NCBI RefSeq assembly: GCF_964355755.1
Contig: NC_092672.1
Coordinates: forward strand, 124,001 to 188,000
Source: Antedon mediterranea
Lineage: Eukaryota > Animalia > Echinodermata
DNA: 64,000 nt
Reading direction: 5' to 3'
Of this stretch, positions 13,961 to 27,998 are shown one piece after another. The position numbers and the translations under genes were made by a program. The notes beneath the pieces were generated by a model. The model was not told the DNA's origin, ran no database searches, and worked only from the letters and a program-made list of their open reading frames with translations. How positions within the stretch are numbered: position 1 is the first letter of the stretch; the number at the start of each line of letters is the position of its first letter.

Positions 13961-16900
13961 GTGAGTATACATTAATTATTGTATCAGTATTTCTTGTTTT
14001 AATCTATTCATGGGAATAGTGTGGAGGTGGAGTATTTTTTTAAACCAGAAAATGTACCAGCATCTAAAATTCTCATATAATGTAGTAATATAATAATGTT
14101 AGAATTGCCAGAAAATACAACGCACAAAAGATATAAACTACCTAATAGAAAATGAATACCGACAGAGTGATTCAATTGGTAGGCCTATCTTAGCGAGAAA
14201 ACGGGATGTTAGGGTAACCAATACAAATGAATACCGACAGAGTGATTCAATGGTAGGTCTATCTTAGCGAGAAAACGGGATGTTAGGGTAACCAATACAA
14301 ATGAATACCGACAGAGTGATTCAATGGTAGGCCTATCTTAGCGAGAAAACGGGATGTTAGGGTAACCAATACAAATGAATACCGACAGAGTGATTCAATT
14401 GGTAGGTCTATCTTAGCGAGAAAACGCAATGTTAGGGTAACCAATACAAATGAATACCGACAGAGTGATTCAATTGGTAGGTCTATCTTAGCGAGAAAAC
14501 GGGATGTTAGGGTAACCAATACAAATGAATACCGACAGAGTGATTCAATGGTAGGTCTATCTTAGCGAGAAAACGGGATGTTAGGGTAACCAATACAAAT
14601 GAATACCGACAGAGTGATTCAATGGTAGGCCTATCTTAGCGAGAAAACGGGATGTTAGGGTAACCAATACAAATGAATACCGACAGAGTGATTCAATTGG
14701 TAGGTCTATCTTAGCGAGAAAACGCAATGTTAGGGTAACCAATACAAATGAATACCGACAGAGTGATTCAATTGGTAGGTCTATCTTAGCGAGAAAACGG
14801 GATGTTAGGGTAACCAATACAAATGAATACCGACAGAGTGATTCAATTGGTAGGTCTATCTTAGCGAGAAAACGGGATGTTAGGGTAACCAATACAAATG
14901 AATACCGACAGAGTGATTCAATTGGTAGGTCTATCTTTGCGAGAAAACGCAATGTTAGGGTAACCAATACAAATGAATACCGACAGAGTGATTCAATTGG
15001 TAGGCCTATCTTAGCGAGAAAACGGGATGTTAGGGTAACCAATACAAATGAATACCGACAGAGTGATTCAATTGGTAGGTCTATCTTAGCGAGAAAACGG
15101 GATGTTAGGGTAACCAATACAAATGAATACCGACAGAGTGATTCAATTGGTAGGCCTATCTTTGCGAGAAAACGCAATGTTAGGGTAACCAATACAAATG
15201 AATACCGACAGAGTGATTCAATTGGTAGGTCTATCTTAGCGAGAAAACGGGATGTTAGGGTAACCAATACAAATGAATACCGACAGAGTGATTCAATTGG
15301 TAGGCCTATCTTAGCGAGAAAACGCGATGTTAGGGTAACCAATACAAATGAATACCGACAGAGTGATTCAATTGGTAGGCCTATCTTTGCGAGAAAACGG
15401 GATGTTAGGGTAACCAATACAAATGAATACCGACAGAGTGATTCAATTGGTAGGCCTATCTTTGCGAGAAAACGGGATGTTAGGGTAACCAATACAAATC
15501 ATATACATATCATAAGTTATATTATATTGTGACATTTTATTGACTAATCGTTATTTTGAAAAGTATTATCAATGACAACTGCATTCGAATTATATACAGA
15601 AGTAGGATCAGACATTTCGTATCATTGCTTTCCATTAGACTCGGTACCAAACGTCACTTTGAACAATTAGGAAAAAGTAGAGTTAGAGTTGAAATGGTAT
15701 ATTATTTTAGGCGTAATAAAACATGTGGCTCGTAGATTTTATCCTACAGCATGTTAAATGTTGTTTTAGTCTGCTGGTTATATCTGTCATTGGATTTCCT
15801 TTGGTATTTATTTCTGTAAAAATTAAAAAACTTATCATACGACAATAGCCTAATACAATAAACGATACGGTACATTATTAGTCTATTATCTATTTTATTA
15901 CATTTATATCAAATTCATTATGCTTTTCCGGGTATTCTTATTACTAAACATGGACTGATGGGTTTACTTGCTTACTGTAAGGAACATAATTATAATGCAA
16001 TTATAATAATTCGAACAATAAAGTAGTATAGTTGATATCAGTAGGCCTGCTGTAGTATTATTTCATAGTATTCAATAATACTGAAAATACAAGTTGACAT
16101 AATAGTACCGCGAATATTCATGAGCTGTATAGGTATTTTATGTACGGAATAATTGAATTTTATCTAAGTAGTTAGAAGATGTTACTACCGGTAACTAGAA
16201 TTCAAACTGACGGGCGTGTATTCTTATTTAGAACAGTGCACTTTAACGAGAAGAAAAAAACCACATTGAGTGACGTGAACTAAATGTATCACAGTATATA
16301 CCTTCGGTTTTATGTTCGTAAACCTTTTGAAATATGTCTAACGCCGCGTTTGCCATTCTGAATGGGGGAGTTTACCATCATATTGATCGTCAGGTACAGT
16401 AATCAATTGACACTGAATGTATCACAGTATATTATACCTTCGGTGTTATGTTCGTAACGCCGCGTTTGCCTTTCTGATTGGGGGGGGACTTTACCATCAT
16501 ATTGATCGTCAGGTACAGTAATCAATTGACACTGAATATATCACAGTATATACCTTCGGTTTTATGTTCGTAACGCCGCGTTTGCCTTTCTGATTGGGGG
16601 ACTTTACCATCATATTGATCGTCAGGTACAGTAATCAATTGACACTGAATGTATCACAGTATATACCTTCGGTTTTATGTTCGTAACGCCGCGTTTGCCT
16701 TTCTGATTGGGGGACTTTACCATCATATTGATCGTCAGGTACAGTAATCAATTGACACTAATATATCACAGTATATACCTTCGGTTTTATGTTCGTAACG
16801 CCGCGTTTGCCTTTCTGAATGGGGGAGTTTACCATCACATTGATTGTCACGTAGAGTAATCAATTGACACAGAATGTAGCATCAAACAACTTTAAGTATG

Positions 16901-19900
16901 ATACCTTAACAATTAAAATAATCATAATTCTTTGTCTCAATAACATAATTGCTTATAAATTAATAAAATAAACATAATATAACGGGGAAAACATGAATTT
17001 GGAAGGCATAAAAACTAAGCCACAATTACAGTTTAGACACAAAAGATAACCACCACTGTGCAGAACTATCATCATTTGAATTAGATAGTTCATGATATGT
17101 TTATATATAATAGTAATTAGAATATTGTACAGATAACTGTGCAAAACTATCATCATTTGAATTCAATAATTCATAATAATATTTAGATAATAATAATTAT
17201 ATTGTAACGATTGTGCAGAACTATGTGAATTCGATAGTTCATGATAATAGATAATGATTTAATTAGAATATTGTATTTTAATGTTATGAACGTGACACAC
17301 TTTAAACTAGTAATTCAAGATAATCTCCATTTTAATCGCAATTAAAATATTCGATATAAGTGTAAATCCACTCTATATATCGATTAAGCTTCTAACGGGA
17401 TTTAAAATTACTTTACTGGACAAAATGGATTAAATAACATAATGCACTTGTTTAGATAGTTTTTTCCATAACATGAAAAGCTATCAGGTAAAACGGCTTT
17501 CAACGGTACCATTAAATCGCCTTATATCAATATGATTAGGTCACGTGATTCTATAATGATGATACTTTGATGCTGCAATCATCACCAGCGGCAAATAATT
17601 TACGTACGCATGCGCATTACATAATTGAGAAGGCGGAATAAGTTTGACAGTGGTAGGATTGCCAGAAGCAAACTAACGATAATTACCATTGCTGTAATAG
17701 TGGTTTGAAAAGCAATAACCATTCAAATGATTTACAGTAAATCTGATAAACGTCATCCTCTTCCAAATTTTGTAAAAACACAAGTTGCAGCAGCCCTACC
17801 AGTATATAATATATTATTTAACTATCTCTCGGTGGATTTCCGATGATTTGATGGTTAAATATCTAAAATGTTTACTTTCACAAGGTAGGCATATCGTACA
17901 TATTTCTTCAATGTAAATCAAGTAATAAATCTACAAAAATGAGTCTGTACTAAAGTCGTGACTTAAAATAAACATTATTCTATTCTATCCATACTTTAAT
18001 TGTTGTATGAACCCGTGGGCTGTCATTTACAAACACTTTTAAAAGTTTGCAACAACACCTATCAATTGGAATTTCACTAAAAACAGTTTGATTTTCAACA
18101 CAAATCCTTATAACGAACTTGTAAGGCGTAAATGTAATAGGTTACGTTGTACTTGTAGGTGTAATGAACCAATGCAAATTCGTGTACTTAATCCTCTTGT
18201 AATAATAAACACGCTGAGATCGACCTATACTGACGTCGTATATTATGCAAAATATTTTGACTTACTCAAACATAAAGTGCTTCAGCCAAAATGTTAAACA
18301 GAAGCACAAATAAATATTGTGTAAATATTCAAAGGTCATACAAGCCTAACTTTAAAAAAATGAAGCAAGAGATTAGAACAATAAACTTATCTAGGCAACA
18401 TTCCATTTTTGTTTAATTAAATTGTCATTTTATACAATATGCTACAAAGACTATAAATTAAAAATAGTATACATTCCTTCAAAATGGTAAATTGATATGG
18501 TCAAATTGGAAATATAAAATTTCCCACCGTCGGCCTATAAAATAAATTGACATTTTGGTCTACTCAAGACCACGAATTAAACCTACTAAGAAAAAGTTCA
18601 ACTTTTTTCAAAATTGGTAATTCTGACAGTTACGATACGGACAAGTTATATGATATTAACAGCATAGTCCTAATCATTCAAAATGAGAAATTTAGCAATT
18701 TACTTAACCTGTCCAATGTATTCAATGTTCAAACTGTTGGTAAAGTTCTATGGAAATGTACCTAACCTGTCCAATGTATTCTATGCTCAAACTGTTGGTA
18801 AAGTTCTATGACAATGTACCTAACCTGTCCAGTGTATTCAATGCTCAAACTGTTGGTAAAGTTCTATGGCAATGTACCTAACCTGTCTCATGTATTCAAT
18901 GCTCAAACTGTTGGTAAAGTTCTACTTCAATGTACCTAACATGTCTCATGTATTCAATGCTCAAACTGTTGGTAAAGTTCCATTACAATGTACCTAACCT
19001 GTCTCATGTATTCAATGCTCAAACTGTTGGTAAAGTTCCATTACAATGTACCTAACCTGTCTTATGTATTCAATGCTCAAACTGTTGGTAAAGTTCTACT
19101 TCAATGTACCTAACATGTCTCATGTATTCAATGCTCAAACTGTTGGTAAAGTTCCATTACAATGTACCTAACATGTCTCATGTATTCAATGTTCAAACTG
19201 TTGGTAAAGTTCTACTTCAATGTACCTAACATGTCTCATGTATTCAATGCTCAAACTGTTGGTAAAGTTCCATTACAATGTACCTAACATGTCTCATGTA
19301 TTCAATGCTCAAACTGTTGGTAAAGTTCCATTACAATGTACCTAACATGTCTCATGTATTCAATGCTCAAACTGTTGGTAAAGTTCTACTTCAATGTACC
19401 TAACATGTCTCATGTATTCAATGCTCAACCTATTGGTAAAGTTCTATGGCAATGTACCTAACCTGTCCAATGTATTCAATGCTCAACCTATTGGTAAAGT
19501 TCCATTACAATGTACCTAACCTGTCTCATGTATTCAATGCTCAAACTGTTGGTAAAGTTCCATTACAATGTACCTAACATGTCTCATGTATTCAATGCTC
19601 AAACTGTTGGTAAAGTTCTACTTCAATGTACCTAACATGTCTCATGTATTCAATGCTCAACCTATTGGTAAAGTTCTATGGCAATGTACCTAACCTGTCC
19701 AATGTATTCAATGCTCAACCTATTGGTAAAGTTCTACTTCAATGTTTATACACTATGCTCTTTGTAGCATGACTATTCAATGCTCAACCTATTGGTAAAG
19801 TTCTACTTCAATGTTTATACACTATGCTCTTTGTAGCATGACTATTCAATGCTCAAACTATTGGTAAAGTTCTACTTCAATGTTTATACACTATGCTCTT

Positions 19901-22900
19901 TGTAGCATGACTGTTTAAATTCTACAGGGATTGTATTCGGTTTCTTATTTATATATGAATGATAGGTTCACCAAAACAATAATTATTACACAATGAGATG
20001 TTTCGCAACTGAGGGATATTTGATTCCAGACTATAAATTGATTATTAATGACTTTAAAAAAAAATACTAAATGTACGGTATGGTTATATATACCAACATA
20101 TTGTAGGTGTACTCCTACTCACAAAATAATTAAAAAATGAAAAAGTTATTTACAGTATGTCGGACTTATGGCTTTTAAGTCAAAGAGCTTCATACTGTCT
20201 CCCAGACTTTAAGTGATATAAATAAATCAAATGCAAGTAATTTCTTATGGTAGTTATATTTTAGTTCATTAAATTTAATTTAGATATTTTTTTCTTTTAA
20301 GCTGCCGGTGTAATTTTCTTAATAATCATTACGTCTTTCAAAAAAAATGAAATATTATACATATTATTTGATGGGAGTATTGGATAGAATTACAGAATAG
20401 TTAGTGTCAGATTAATAATTCATACAAGTATGAATAATTATTCGAATTAGTGTGTATAATACTCATGTGGTAGACTAGAGACTAGATTCCACTTATGAAA
20501 ATTGAAACAAAAAACCAGAAATAATCCATGTAGCCTACTGGCCTATATAATTACATTTAAGCACGGCCTAACACCCGTATTATTGACAAAATTATATTTC
20601 AAATGAAACTGGATATCCAATTTTTCGAATCTAATAAGGGCAACCAGAAGATTAGAAGATAAGTATAATTACATATTATTGATTTTGGCGAATACTATCA
20701 CTCTGTAGCCTAACATGATACAAAAATTACCTCGACAATTAATAATGTCATTATGCTACTTTTATTTTATGAAGAGTGGTTTGGAATTGACGGCCGAGTT
20801 GTCAAATCAAATGAACAATCCGTCTTTATTTTATTCTTTATCATTAGTTGTCTATGAAACGGAACAATTTAAAACATCCCAAAGTAATCTGATCGATAGG
20901 CTCCACTTTTTTCGTTATTTTAATCATTTTCAATGTTATTGTGTTATTTTTAATTGTTAATTCATTACTAAGCGTGTTTTAATTATAATATCACTGGTAA
21001 CAGTATAACTTAAATACATTGTAAACATAATATTTGCAATAAAGTGGTTATATGCCTACATTATTGAGGAACACAAACGAACTATGTTACTGTAAACATG
21101 GTATAGGCCTATGCTACATTTATCGTCGATGACGAATTATACCGTCTACTTCAGTGTTGGTTTCAAATAAAGATTCTTTGAAACATTGACCTATAAAACA
21201 TTTGCCATAAAATCACTTTTAACGTATAATTGTGTTCAATTTATACCATTGTATAATGTTTTGTAATTCTACTGAAACTGTTTAAACAATAATAATCGCA
21301 TCACCTTATTAATGAATAACTGAGAATAAATGGGAATTCTGTACGAACGACGATTTACGAGAATATAAATGTTCTTGTTGGATACCTCGGGTCTTCATTA
21401 GCTCGCATAATGACATATTGAACCAATACACCTACTGTATTATTAAATGATTTACTTTGTACCTACATGTTTAAGAGCTTATGATTCCTAGATTACCCAA
21501 ATGAAGCAAGGTGATAATGCAACAACATTTAGTGATTATTAAGAACATGGGCCATTAAAATACTTTAAGAGTCACAAGTGGATGTAATCCACAACTTATT
21601 AATAGTAACCGTTTGATACATATAGTCATTTAACTAATCCAGCGACTTGTTATATGCAATGTTTGATTAGTTACTCATTCACAGATTTGCTAAAGAGTTT
21701 TATTTCGATTTAAATGTAATATAGTAAAACTATTTAGATTAATATAATGCATTTTCAAGGACGCGGTTAGATATTAATTGATTTGCCCTACTTTCTGGGT
21801 GGGTGTAAGTAAATCTTGTATTTACTAATTGTAACATTGAATGTTCTAACTAACCACAATGTCTGAGTAAACCTGGTTCTATAAATAAAATCTTACCCAT
21901 CCTATCTTTATACTCATGGGGTTTGGTCAAAGTATGAAGGAAAATATATTTATTCTTTCATCCATGGTGAAAGCACCGTCGTTTAAATTTGATTCTACAA
22001 ACAACAGTTTAGGTTAGTTAGCTCCAAGACATTATACTCTTACTCCCTTTCTCTACTTTAAAACTTCAAAATTGCCTATTCAAAGTCTAATTTTTAAGAT
22101 CCTAATTGTTCATGTTTTTGGAGGACACATCTTTGATGGATATACCTTGATCATTTTTCGGAGTTTCTTCTATTGATTGTAAGTCGTTTAAAAATAATCA
22201 TAACCATATACAAATTGATATTAATAATAATAATTCTAACTGTCGTTTAAAAATTGCTCAGAAGTAGTTAATATTTCATAATCCCAGTACGCGTACACAT
22301 TTCACATACGAAATTCAATGATATTAATCTGACATTGGATATCAATATCAATAATATGTCTTGTAACGCACGGCCTCTCAATGTCAATTACACAACTTGT
22401 ATCGTATTCCAAAGATCTTAATCTTTGCAATTAAATATACATAATGTCTAAGAGGTAAATGCTATAGGACACAATTTTGTTTTATGAATAAATTTAAAAA
22501 TTAGCTGTGATACTTTCATTTATCTCTGACAACATTATATCATTTCAAAGGTATAACTTGATAAGACGCTAGTTTGATTCAACAACGCATGTATTTTGAA
22601 TGAATAGTTAAATATTAATTGTAAAACATACTTTTAAAATATACGTGTCAATTTATAATTGTTTTATATGGTTAGGCCTACGATTAGTGACATCAATTTC
22701 TTTTTATAAGATATAGAGGAGTATTCATAATTGGGTAGTGGTGAAATGTTATGAAGAGATACATTGTCTTAACACAAACTGTTTGGATTACTTTTCCTCA
22801 TTGTAGGAGAGATAATGACAACATCATAGTCTGGTTTGCGTATGGGAGGTGCATCTTGGGAGGTTTGGATAAATCATAATACAATAAAGATTTTCCGGGA

Positions 22901-25900
22901 TGATACCGTATAATATTATTAGGATGGGTAAGCTGTAATGGTTGTGATTTGTATTCCAGTGAGGATGTGCTGATTTTGCTTAGGTGGAACTTATCTACAT
23001 CATTATTAGTGAGGATGTGCTGATTTTGCTTAGGTGGAACTTATCTACATTATTAGTGAAGATGTGCTGATTTTGCTTAGGTGGAACTTATCTACATCAT
23101 TGTTAGTGTTTTACATGACGTACCGTGTATCAATATCATTAACTTGTTACTTACAATGAACTCCATAATCTCAATTTCAGCCTTTAAATTTCTACATGAT
23201 CATATTAAGACTTAAATAAAGAATAAATATGATTTTGATTTAAATTAAACATTTTTCTTATCATTAGACGTAGATCAGACTACACAGTGCATTTATAGTG
23301 TATGTACAGTAACAAGAAACAATCCGAATACACATAATAGTTTCCATCTATATAGTAATGATTCGACTGGGAATTAAATTCTACTTTTATTAATAATTAT
23401 AAATATCTATGTCAAAAGTGGTAATCATATTTCGCAATAAAAGTTCTATTATTTTTTCAATTTAAAGTAATGCATAGATAAATTTTGACACATAAAAGCA
23501 AGTGGCTATAAAGGAATAGTAATAAAGTTTAACTTAAATTCACGACTTGTGGTCATAAAATGATAGAAGATGCATCTCCTACAAATATACCAAAACCCAA
23601 CACTTTATCAGTCTACTGACACCGAATGAAAAAGAATACGAACACACACAAACCACGTATTGAATATATATTAGTAATTATTCAACAAAATTACACTCTC
23701 TCTTGATAATTCGTTCAAATTTGATTTTTTAAGGCTGACACGTCGAAGTACTTAGTGTTACCATCTATCTATACTTATCCAGATATTTTAAGATTTCTCA
23801 AGATTATCATGTTATCCTATAAAATTAAAAACCTGATAAAAAGTGACGTGATGTATTTGTTACAGTTATACTGATCGTCGGTAGTGTGTAAATTCTCCTT
23901 TCTTTATGTAGACTAAGTTTACAAATTAATAATGATCATCTTCTAGGGTATACTACCTTATTTTATACGCATCAGCTTAAAAATTGCGTTCAGCCAATTG
24001 CAGTTCTTTTAATTCGTATTGGTATTCTGAAAAAGTTCTTTCAAATGCTCTGGCTAAACGTGTTTGTAACGGTTGTTTTTTTTAAAGTGTTTAGCTGCTC
24101 AATCAATCCAAGTATAATTTGATAAACTAGTGAACAGTGGGGATTATGACCTGCTCAAATTGCACACTTCAAAACTTTCTAAGGATAAATCGGGTTCATA
24201 AACACTAATCATCATCTTAGTGTTTTGATCATTCTCTTGTGTTTCTACAATGTTCTAATATATTCTCAAACACGCGCACAGTCTCAATATGTTTGTGTTT
24301 CATAGTTGCGTTTGTTAATTACCAATATCCCGAACAATTAATTCAGTAATCATTCTTAACTACTTCTTACAATTAGTAACATTTAGGTATTTTTAGATTC
24401 AGTATTTCTAATTTACAACATCTGATATTGAAGAATATGGCACAAAACCGACTACTTACTTATAGCATTGTTTTCAATGTCGTATCAACATTTTTAAAGA
24501 TTTTCACATATTTTTAGTGAATGTCACAGCATACATCAATATTTTGCAAATAATCTTGATACACAATTAATACAATATAAAATAAGTGTACGATGCAAAA
24601 AAAGCTATCTCTTTACTTTATTATACAGTATCTATAAATATATTCTCCACTAATACTAAATCACTGTTCAGCATCAACTGAATTTAATCCGTGTAAATAA
24701 ATTGCAATTTATTGATTGACTGGAATTACCAATATAATTGAAGTTGCTTTTTTCAACGTATATTAATACTCTTAGTATCATTATAACCTTAATGAATTAA
24801 CGTAGACGACAAAAACAATAGATTGTTTCGAGTTCGAAAACAAGTTCACAAATTCTTGACTACATACTAGATACTATCTACATTATGCAAGAGTACGACG
24901 ATTTTCAATATGATGCGACCTGTTGAAATCAATCAATTTGAATTCTGCTACAAATGGTAACCTTTCTATCATTGATTTGTAATTAATCTCGTCACGATTA
25001 ACTTCCTTCTTTATTTTTTGAATTATGTGAACCTTTTATAATTGTCAAAACATGTATCGAAAGATACATGTCGCTTGGGTTCTAAATCACCGGTAATAAA
25101 TTGTGCATAACCAAAGTCGATTAATAGGGACTCCATAATTTCCAAAGAAATGAAACGCATACAAAAATTAAAAATCTAATGTACTTAAGTCTAAACTTCA
25201 TGGCTCCGATTTATTATTATACCTAGCAAGTGTTTTTTGTCTCGTAGACTGAGACAAATTAAACGAAGATTACTGTATATCTTTCACTAAATCTGTACAT
25301 TTTATTTATTATCTCTTGTCGTTTTTTTTTTCTTATATTAGGAAAATGTCAATAAACCGTCTACATAATTATTAAACTTTACAGAATCATTCTGTTTCCT
25401 TTAATTCATTATCATCATAAAACCAAAATAGGTGAAAAATCCTATTAACCTATATATACCACAAGAAAATAGAAGTGAAAATGAAGTGATTTAACTTAAA
25501 CAAGAAAAAACTTAATATAAACTAATACAAAATATTAATGTCTATCTCTGTTATAATAGAAGTTAAATCATGACTTCATCAGTTTGTAGAAGATGCCGTG
25601 CCAGTTCTTTCAAAGTCATTGTGATGACTGTATTAGATTGATTCCTTATTACATTTACGACTTTTTTTATAATAGCACTTTGGCGTCAAGCTAGTTCCAG
25701 TTTTCGAATTCGTTGTCGTGTTATATTCCTCTTCACAGTTTAAATTCTTTTTTTAAAATCTGGGTTTATGTTTCGCGTGCGAAATACAAGTTATTAATGT
25801 TTTTATAATAAACGATAGGCTATATAAAATAAAAGCTATTGTTTTGTGGGTCATTTTTTTTTTGCATACTGCCTTTAATCAATTTTAATATTTTTATCAA

Positions 25901-27998
25901 GGACATAGTTTGTTCAAAATAATAATACACCTTATAAGCATGTTTTGTTTATGGTGTAGTTAGGCCTAATAATAATAATAATAATCTTCGTTTATTATTT
26001 CATAGGCCTAATAATAATAATAATAATCTTCGTTTATGATTTCATTTAATAAGACGTTTATCAATAATTGCCTATCATTGTGTAGTTTTAATAACAATTT
26101 ATGTTTGTTAGTAGAAACTATGGAAGAGTGAAATTAGAATTAATTAAACCGAATGAACATTGTTAAATATCACAATTATTAATATTAATAACAGTAAACT
26201 TGGAATAAGGTACTTCTGAGTTAATTTCATATTAACCAATTTGTGGTAAATAACCATGGTGATTTTTAAATTGAAATGTTAGAAACCCGCAGTATGACTC
26301 ACTATGCGTTTGTCTTTATTAAAAATTAATATTGTAATAGGAAGCAATATCCCTTCAGACCAATAGTATAACGTTAGTATTTTAGCATTTAATTCTTAAA
26401 GGCTGGTTGTGATGTACACTTACAGATGACCTGATGAAAATATAACGGTAATATACTGGCAATATAAGATCAAAATGTACACCGACTTTTAAACACGTAA
26501 TTAAAATACATTGCATGAAAAATGTAGGCATTTTTCTTAGAAACAGTAAATCAAATATTTAATCTACGTGAACTTCGGGCTCCATTCATGATGTTCTTTT
26601 TTATCTCATTCTGAATTTCTTCAGCATGATATGTCACAAATAAAAACGACATAAGGAGTAGTTTATTTTCTAATAACTTCAAAATTACTCTTATTGATTT
26701 TTAAAAATAATTATCGTATATTGATTTGCATCAATAACATGAAAAAAGTGTCTATTTATCTACACCACTAGTTTAACACATAAACTATATTTATCATAGA
26801 GGAGCTGTTACGTGCATGGATGATTTTTAATAACCCACTAGAAGTATTTAATTATCTTCGGTTACCAGTATTCTAAGACTAATCAACTGAGAATGTTTTC
26901 TTAACCTACGTTACCACACTACAACTAAGATGCTGTACAATGACTACAACTAAGATGCTGTACAATGATTACAACTAAGATGCTGTACAATGATTACAAC
27001 TAAGATGCTGTACAATGATTACAACTAAGATGCTGTACAATGATTACAACTAAGATGCTGTACAATGATTACAACTAAGATGCTGTACAATGATTACAAC
27101 TAAGATGCTGTACAATGATTACAACTAAGATGCTGTACAATGACTATAACTAAGATGCTGTACAATGATTACAACTAAGATGCTGTACAATGATTACAAC
27201 TAAGATGCTGTACAATGATTACAACTAAGATGCTGTACAATGACTACAACTAAGATGCTGTACAATGATTATAACTAAGATGCTGTACAATGATTACAAC
27301 TAAGATGCTGTACAATGATTACAACTAAGATGCTGTACAATGATTATAATTATCAACTAAATTAGAAAAGAAAACAATTGAAAAACACCAAATGTAATAA
27401 ATGATGGACATAGGTTTACGATCCTATTGAATATTTAATATTAGGGAATAAAAGTGAAATCACAATAGCATCTTGTAACAAATATACATAAAATATAGAT
27501 GACTGAAGCAAAGACAAAATGCAAGCTATAAATATAGTTTAGTATTCCAAACACGTTTATTTTAATATATAATTATTATCAATAATAAATATATACCATG
27601 GCAACAGCAAATAAATGTTTTTCCGTTTTTAAATCTTATATTAATCAAGTAAATGCTAAGTTATCGTAGGACGTCCCAAAGAACAAGCGATACGGATTGT
27701 TTACAAAAAACGACTTTCTATATAAGTAGACTAATTATAATTTATTTGTTCAATTTCCAATATAATAAAATAATATTCATTTTCAATTTACTTACGGAAT
27801 CCAAATCATTCTATCTTCCAGGACTATCAGATGCTGAGGCGAATTTTGAAAGAAGTGGGTGAACTACATGAAAAGGCTGCTAAGAGAGGAAAACCTTGTT
27901 TCGCAGACAATCCAATGACGTTGTATGAATGTTACGGTTTCCATAAACGCGATGCTTCATCGGACCTTCTTAACGAATTAGGTCAAGACGGCAACTAG
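13880..27998 (+). CDS. Putative novel neuropeptide precursor, 85 aa, two exons (13880-13960, 27822-27998), single Cys-bridged peptide
   Basis: Exon 1 (AAAACATG context) encodes MKTLFLSVVLACSLLVVYTYPLDEEER and ends at a phase-0 donor AGG|GTGAGT. Exon 2 follows acceptor TTCTATCTTCCAG in phase 0: DYQMLRRILKEVGELHEKAA-KR-GKPCFADNPMTLYECYGFH-KR-DASSDLLNELGQDGN*. Joining the exons across the 13.9-kb intron is an inference. Confidence 0.8.
14151..15499. repeat. Minisatellite, 75-bp (74/75) unit x18
   Basis: Unit AATGAATACCGACAGAGTGATTCAATTGGTAGGYCTATCTTAGCGAGAAAACGGGATGTTAGGGTAACCAATACA. Confidence 0.95.
16283..16876. repeat. Tandem repeat, ~110-130-bp unit x5
   Basis: Recurrent ATCACAGTATATACCTTCGGTTTTATGTTCGTAACGCCGCGTTTGCC...CAGGTACAGTAATCAATTGACAC. 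Confidence 0.9.
18704..19913. repeat. Minisatellite, 58-bp unit x~18, switching to a ~69-bp variant x3
   Basis: Core TATTCAATGCTCAAACTGTTGGTAAAGTTC; terminal units incorporate TTATACACTATGCTCTTTGTAGCATGAC. Confidence 0.93.
22957..23108. repeat. Tandem repeat, ~50-bp unit x3
   Basis: AGTGAGGATGTGCTGATTTTGCTTAGGTGGAACTTATCTACAT repeated. Confidence 0.85.
26920..27346. repeat. Minisatellite, 25-bp unit x17
   Basis: Unit TACAACTAAGATGCTGTACAATGAY. Confidence 0.95.
27822..27998 (+). CDS. Exon 2 (peptide-coding) of putative novel neuropeptide precursor
   Basis: Polypyrimidine/CAG acceptor; 58 codons plus TAG; two KR sites bracket a 19-mer with C-x10-C; AATAAA at 28321. Confidence 0.8.
   Translation, partial: DYQMLRRILKEVGELHEKAAKRGKPCFADNPMTLYECYGFHKRDASSDLLNELGQDGN

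Noticed and set aside
14283-15492. 303-aa and 78-aa repetitive minus-strand ORFs
   Set aside because: They arise from a 75-bp minisatellite; 1-bp indel units break the frame.
14151-19913. CRISPR-like or telomeric interpretation of the arrays (TTAGGG once per 75-bp unit)
   Set aside because: No unique spacers, eukaryotic context and no cas genes; TTAGGG is not tandem.
27653-27862. 69-aa ORF overlapping the cryptic exon
   Set aside because: Mostly intronic and in a different frame from the KR-flanked peptide.
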